DNA of 64,000 bases. Source: Camelus dromedarius. Taxonomy: Eukaryota. The notes below the pieces were generated by a model. The model made no database searches. It had not been told where the DNA came from and saw only the letters and a list, made by a program, of their open reading frames with translations. This document shows, one piece after another, positions 62,303 through 64,000 of this stretch. The stretch is from the NCBI RefSeq assembly GCF_036321535.1, contig NC_087441.1, positions 15,066,001-15,130,000 of the forward strand, read 5' to 3'. Within the stretch, counting starts at the first letter, position 1. Every line of letters starts with the position of its first letter. The position numbers were made by a program, and so were the translations under genes.

Positions 62303-63470
62303 TTTTTTTTATTGTGGTAAAATATATAACTAAAATTTGCTTAATTTTATATTAGTGCTTAATAACAGAAAAATGTTATATATATTTATATGGCAAAATT
62401 TTAACTATTTGGAAGTGTACATTTTGGTGGCATTAATTACATTCACAATATTGTACAATTATCACTGCTATTTCCAAAATTCTTTCATCTCTCCAAACAG
62501 AACCTCTGTACCCATTAAACAGTAACTCCCTTATACCCCTCCTCTTCCCACCCTTCCCCAGGTAACCTCTAATCTACTTTCTATGAATTTCCAAGGTACC
62601 TCATGTAAGTGGCATCACACTATATTTGCCCTTTTATGTCTGGCTTTTTTCATTTATATAATGTTTTCAAGGTTCATTTACTTTGTGACATGTATCAGTA
62701 CTTCATTAATTTTTATGGCTAAATAATATTTCCTTGTATGGATGTGCCAAATTTGTTTATCCGCTTATCCATTGAAGGATACCTGGATTTCTTCTACATT
62801 TTGGCTATTGTAAATAGTGCTGCTATGACTGTATAAAAGTCTTTAGATCCTTGTTTTCAACTCTTTTGGGGATTCTACCTAGGAATGGAATTGCTGATTC
62901 ACATGGTAATTCTATGCTTAACTTTTTTAAACTGTTTTCCTTAGTGGCTGAACCACTCTATATTCCTACCAGCAATGTCTGAAGGTCCCAATTTTTACAA
63001 ATCCTCCTCTACAACTGTTATTTTCCATTTTCAAAAAATTATGGATATCCTAGTAAATGTGAAGTGGTATCTCGTGGTTTATTTTCATTTCACTGAAGGT
63101 TAATAATACAGAGCATCTTTTCATGTGTTTGTTGGCCATTTGTATATGCTTTTTTGAGAAATGTGTATGCAAGTCCATTGCCTAATTTTGAATTGGATTG
63201 TTTAATTTTTTGTTCTTGAATTGTAAGAGTTCTTTATATATTCTGGATATTATGCATATATATCAGGTATATGGTGTGCATATATTGTCTCCCAGTCTGT
63301 AAGTTGTCTTTTTGCTCTGTTGATAGTTTTCTTTGATGCACAAAATTATTTAATTTTAATGAACACCAACTTATCTATTTTCTCTTGTGTTACCTGTACT
63401 TTTGGTGTTACGTTTAAGAAATCATTGCCACACCCACAATCATTAAGTTTTCCCATGATTCTTTAATCAT
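62303..63470 (-). mobile_element. LINE-1 3' part (L1MB-like) in the last UST intron
   Basis: ttttattgtggtaaaatata; ccaaacagaacctctgtacccattaaacagtaactcccc; gtttgttggccatttgtatatg...gagaaatgtgtatgcaagtcc. Confidence 0.85.
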
Positions 63471-64000
63471 GTAACTTTTAACTAAAACTTTTGTCACCAG
63501 TTATGAGTAGGTACATTATTTATTTAATATAGCTCCAAATGGCTGTTTCCAAAATCAGATTCCCTCAACAGGACAAAGACTTGTCATGTTTGAGTATATT
63601 TGAAATACTTTCTGAAGCCTCCAATAGCAATTCTAAAGAAGGAATTAAAAAAAATTATCCAAGTAGTAATGGCCTCATTGAAATAAGAGTATTGTTTTCC
63701 AAACTGAGTCTCTTAAAAGGCTTAATACACTTTGGGATCAGGTCTAGAATTTTTGTTAAAGAACTTGGCATAGTGTCTTCTAAAGTGGGTTTGTGATAGA
63801 ACATTTTATAGTATCTGTCTTCTTTACAGGTATTAACTACGGCTAAACTGAGGCGAGACATGTTAATAGGCTTTGAGTATAAATATCCCTTTGAGGTTTT
63901 AAAAGACAGAGTTTTAAAAGCTGGTATTAAAGACAGACCAAGAACGAAGAGCTTTAAACACTGAGAGGCTCGGGAAAAGAATTCACTCATTTTCAGACTC

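Noticed and set aside
1-64000. CRISPR arrays, operons, rRNA, true tRNA or snRNA genes
   Set aside because: None seen; the tRNA-like sequences are SINE heads, and the window is mammalian intergenic/intronic DNA.

Overview
This is mammalian genomic DNA, almost certainly from a camelid (Camelus or Vicugna). It carries two Vic-1-type tRNA-derived SINEs and a camelid-type L1 3' end. The only protein-coding sequence I can support is the last coding exon of UST (uronyl 2-sulfotransferase; minus strand, 61472-61755). Its ~2.7 kb 3' UTR runs to a cluster of poly(A) signals near 58.7-58.8 kb, and part of the last intron lies to the right. The remaining ~58 kb is intergenic DNA downstream of UST (toward TAB2 if human synteny, recalled from memory, holds). 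It is a mosaic of old repeats (MIR, L2, L1M, MaLR/ERVL LTRs, hAT MITEs), two ERV1-type LTRs, microsatellites, a G-rich minisatellite and six short N gaps. Nearly all ORFs in the supplied track are repeat-derived or chance ORFs. I find no CRISPR, operon-like or other multi-gene system and do not claim a novel one. The best leads are regulatory or structural: a strong CTCF-type motif with an upstream module just past the UST poly(A) site, a promoter-intact solo ERV1 LTR facing the UST 3' end, two CpG-retaining unique segments, several plus-strand exon-like segments (possible lncRNA), a scrambled L1 with an inverted endonuclease fragment, and a G4-prone VNTR. Repeat subfamily names come from recalled consensus sequences, not from RepeatMasker, and old-repeat boundaries are approximate (tens of bp).
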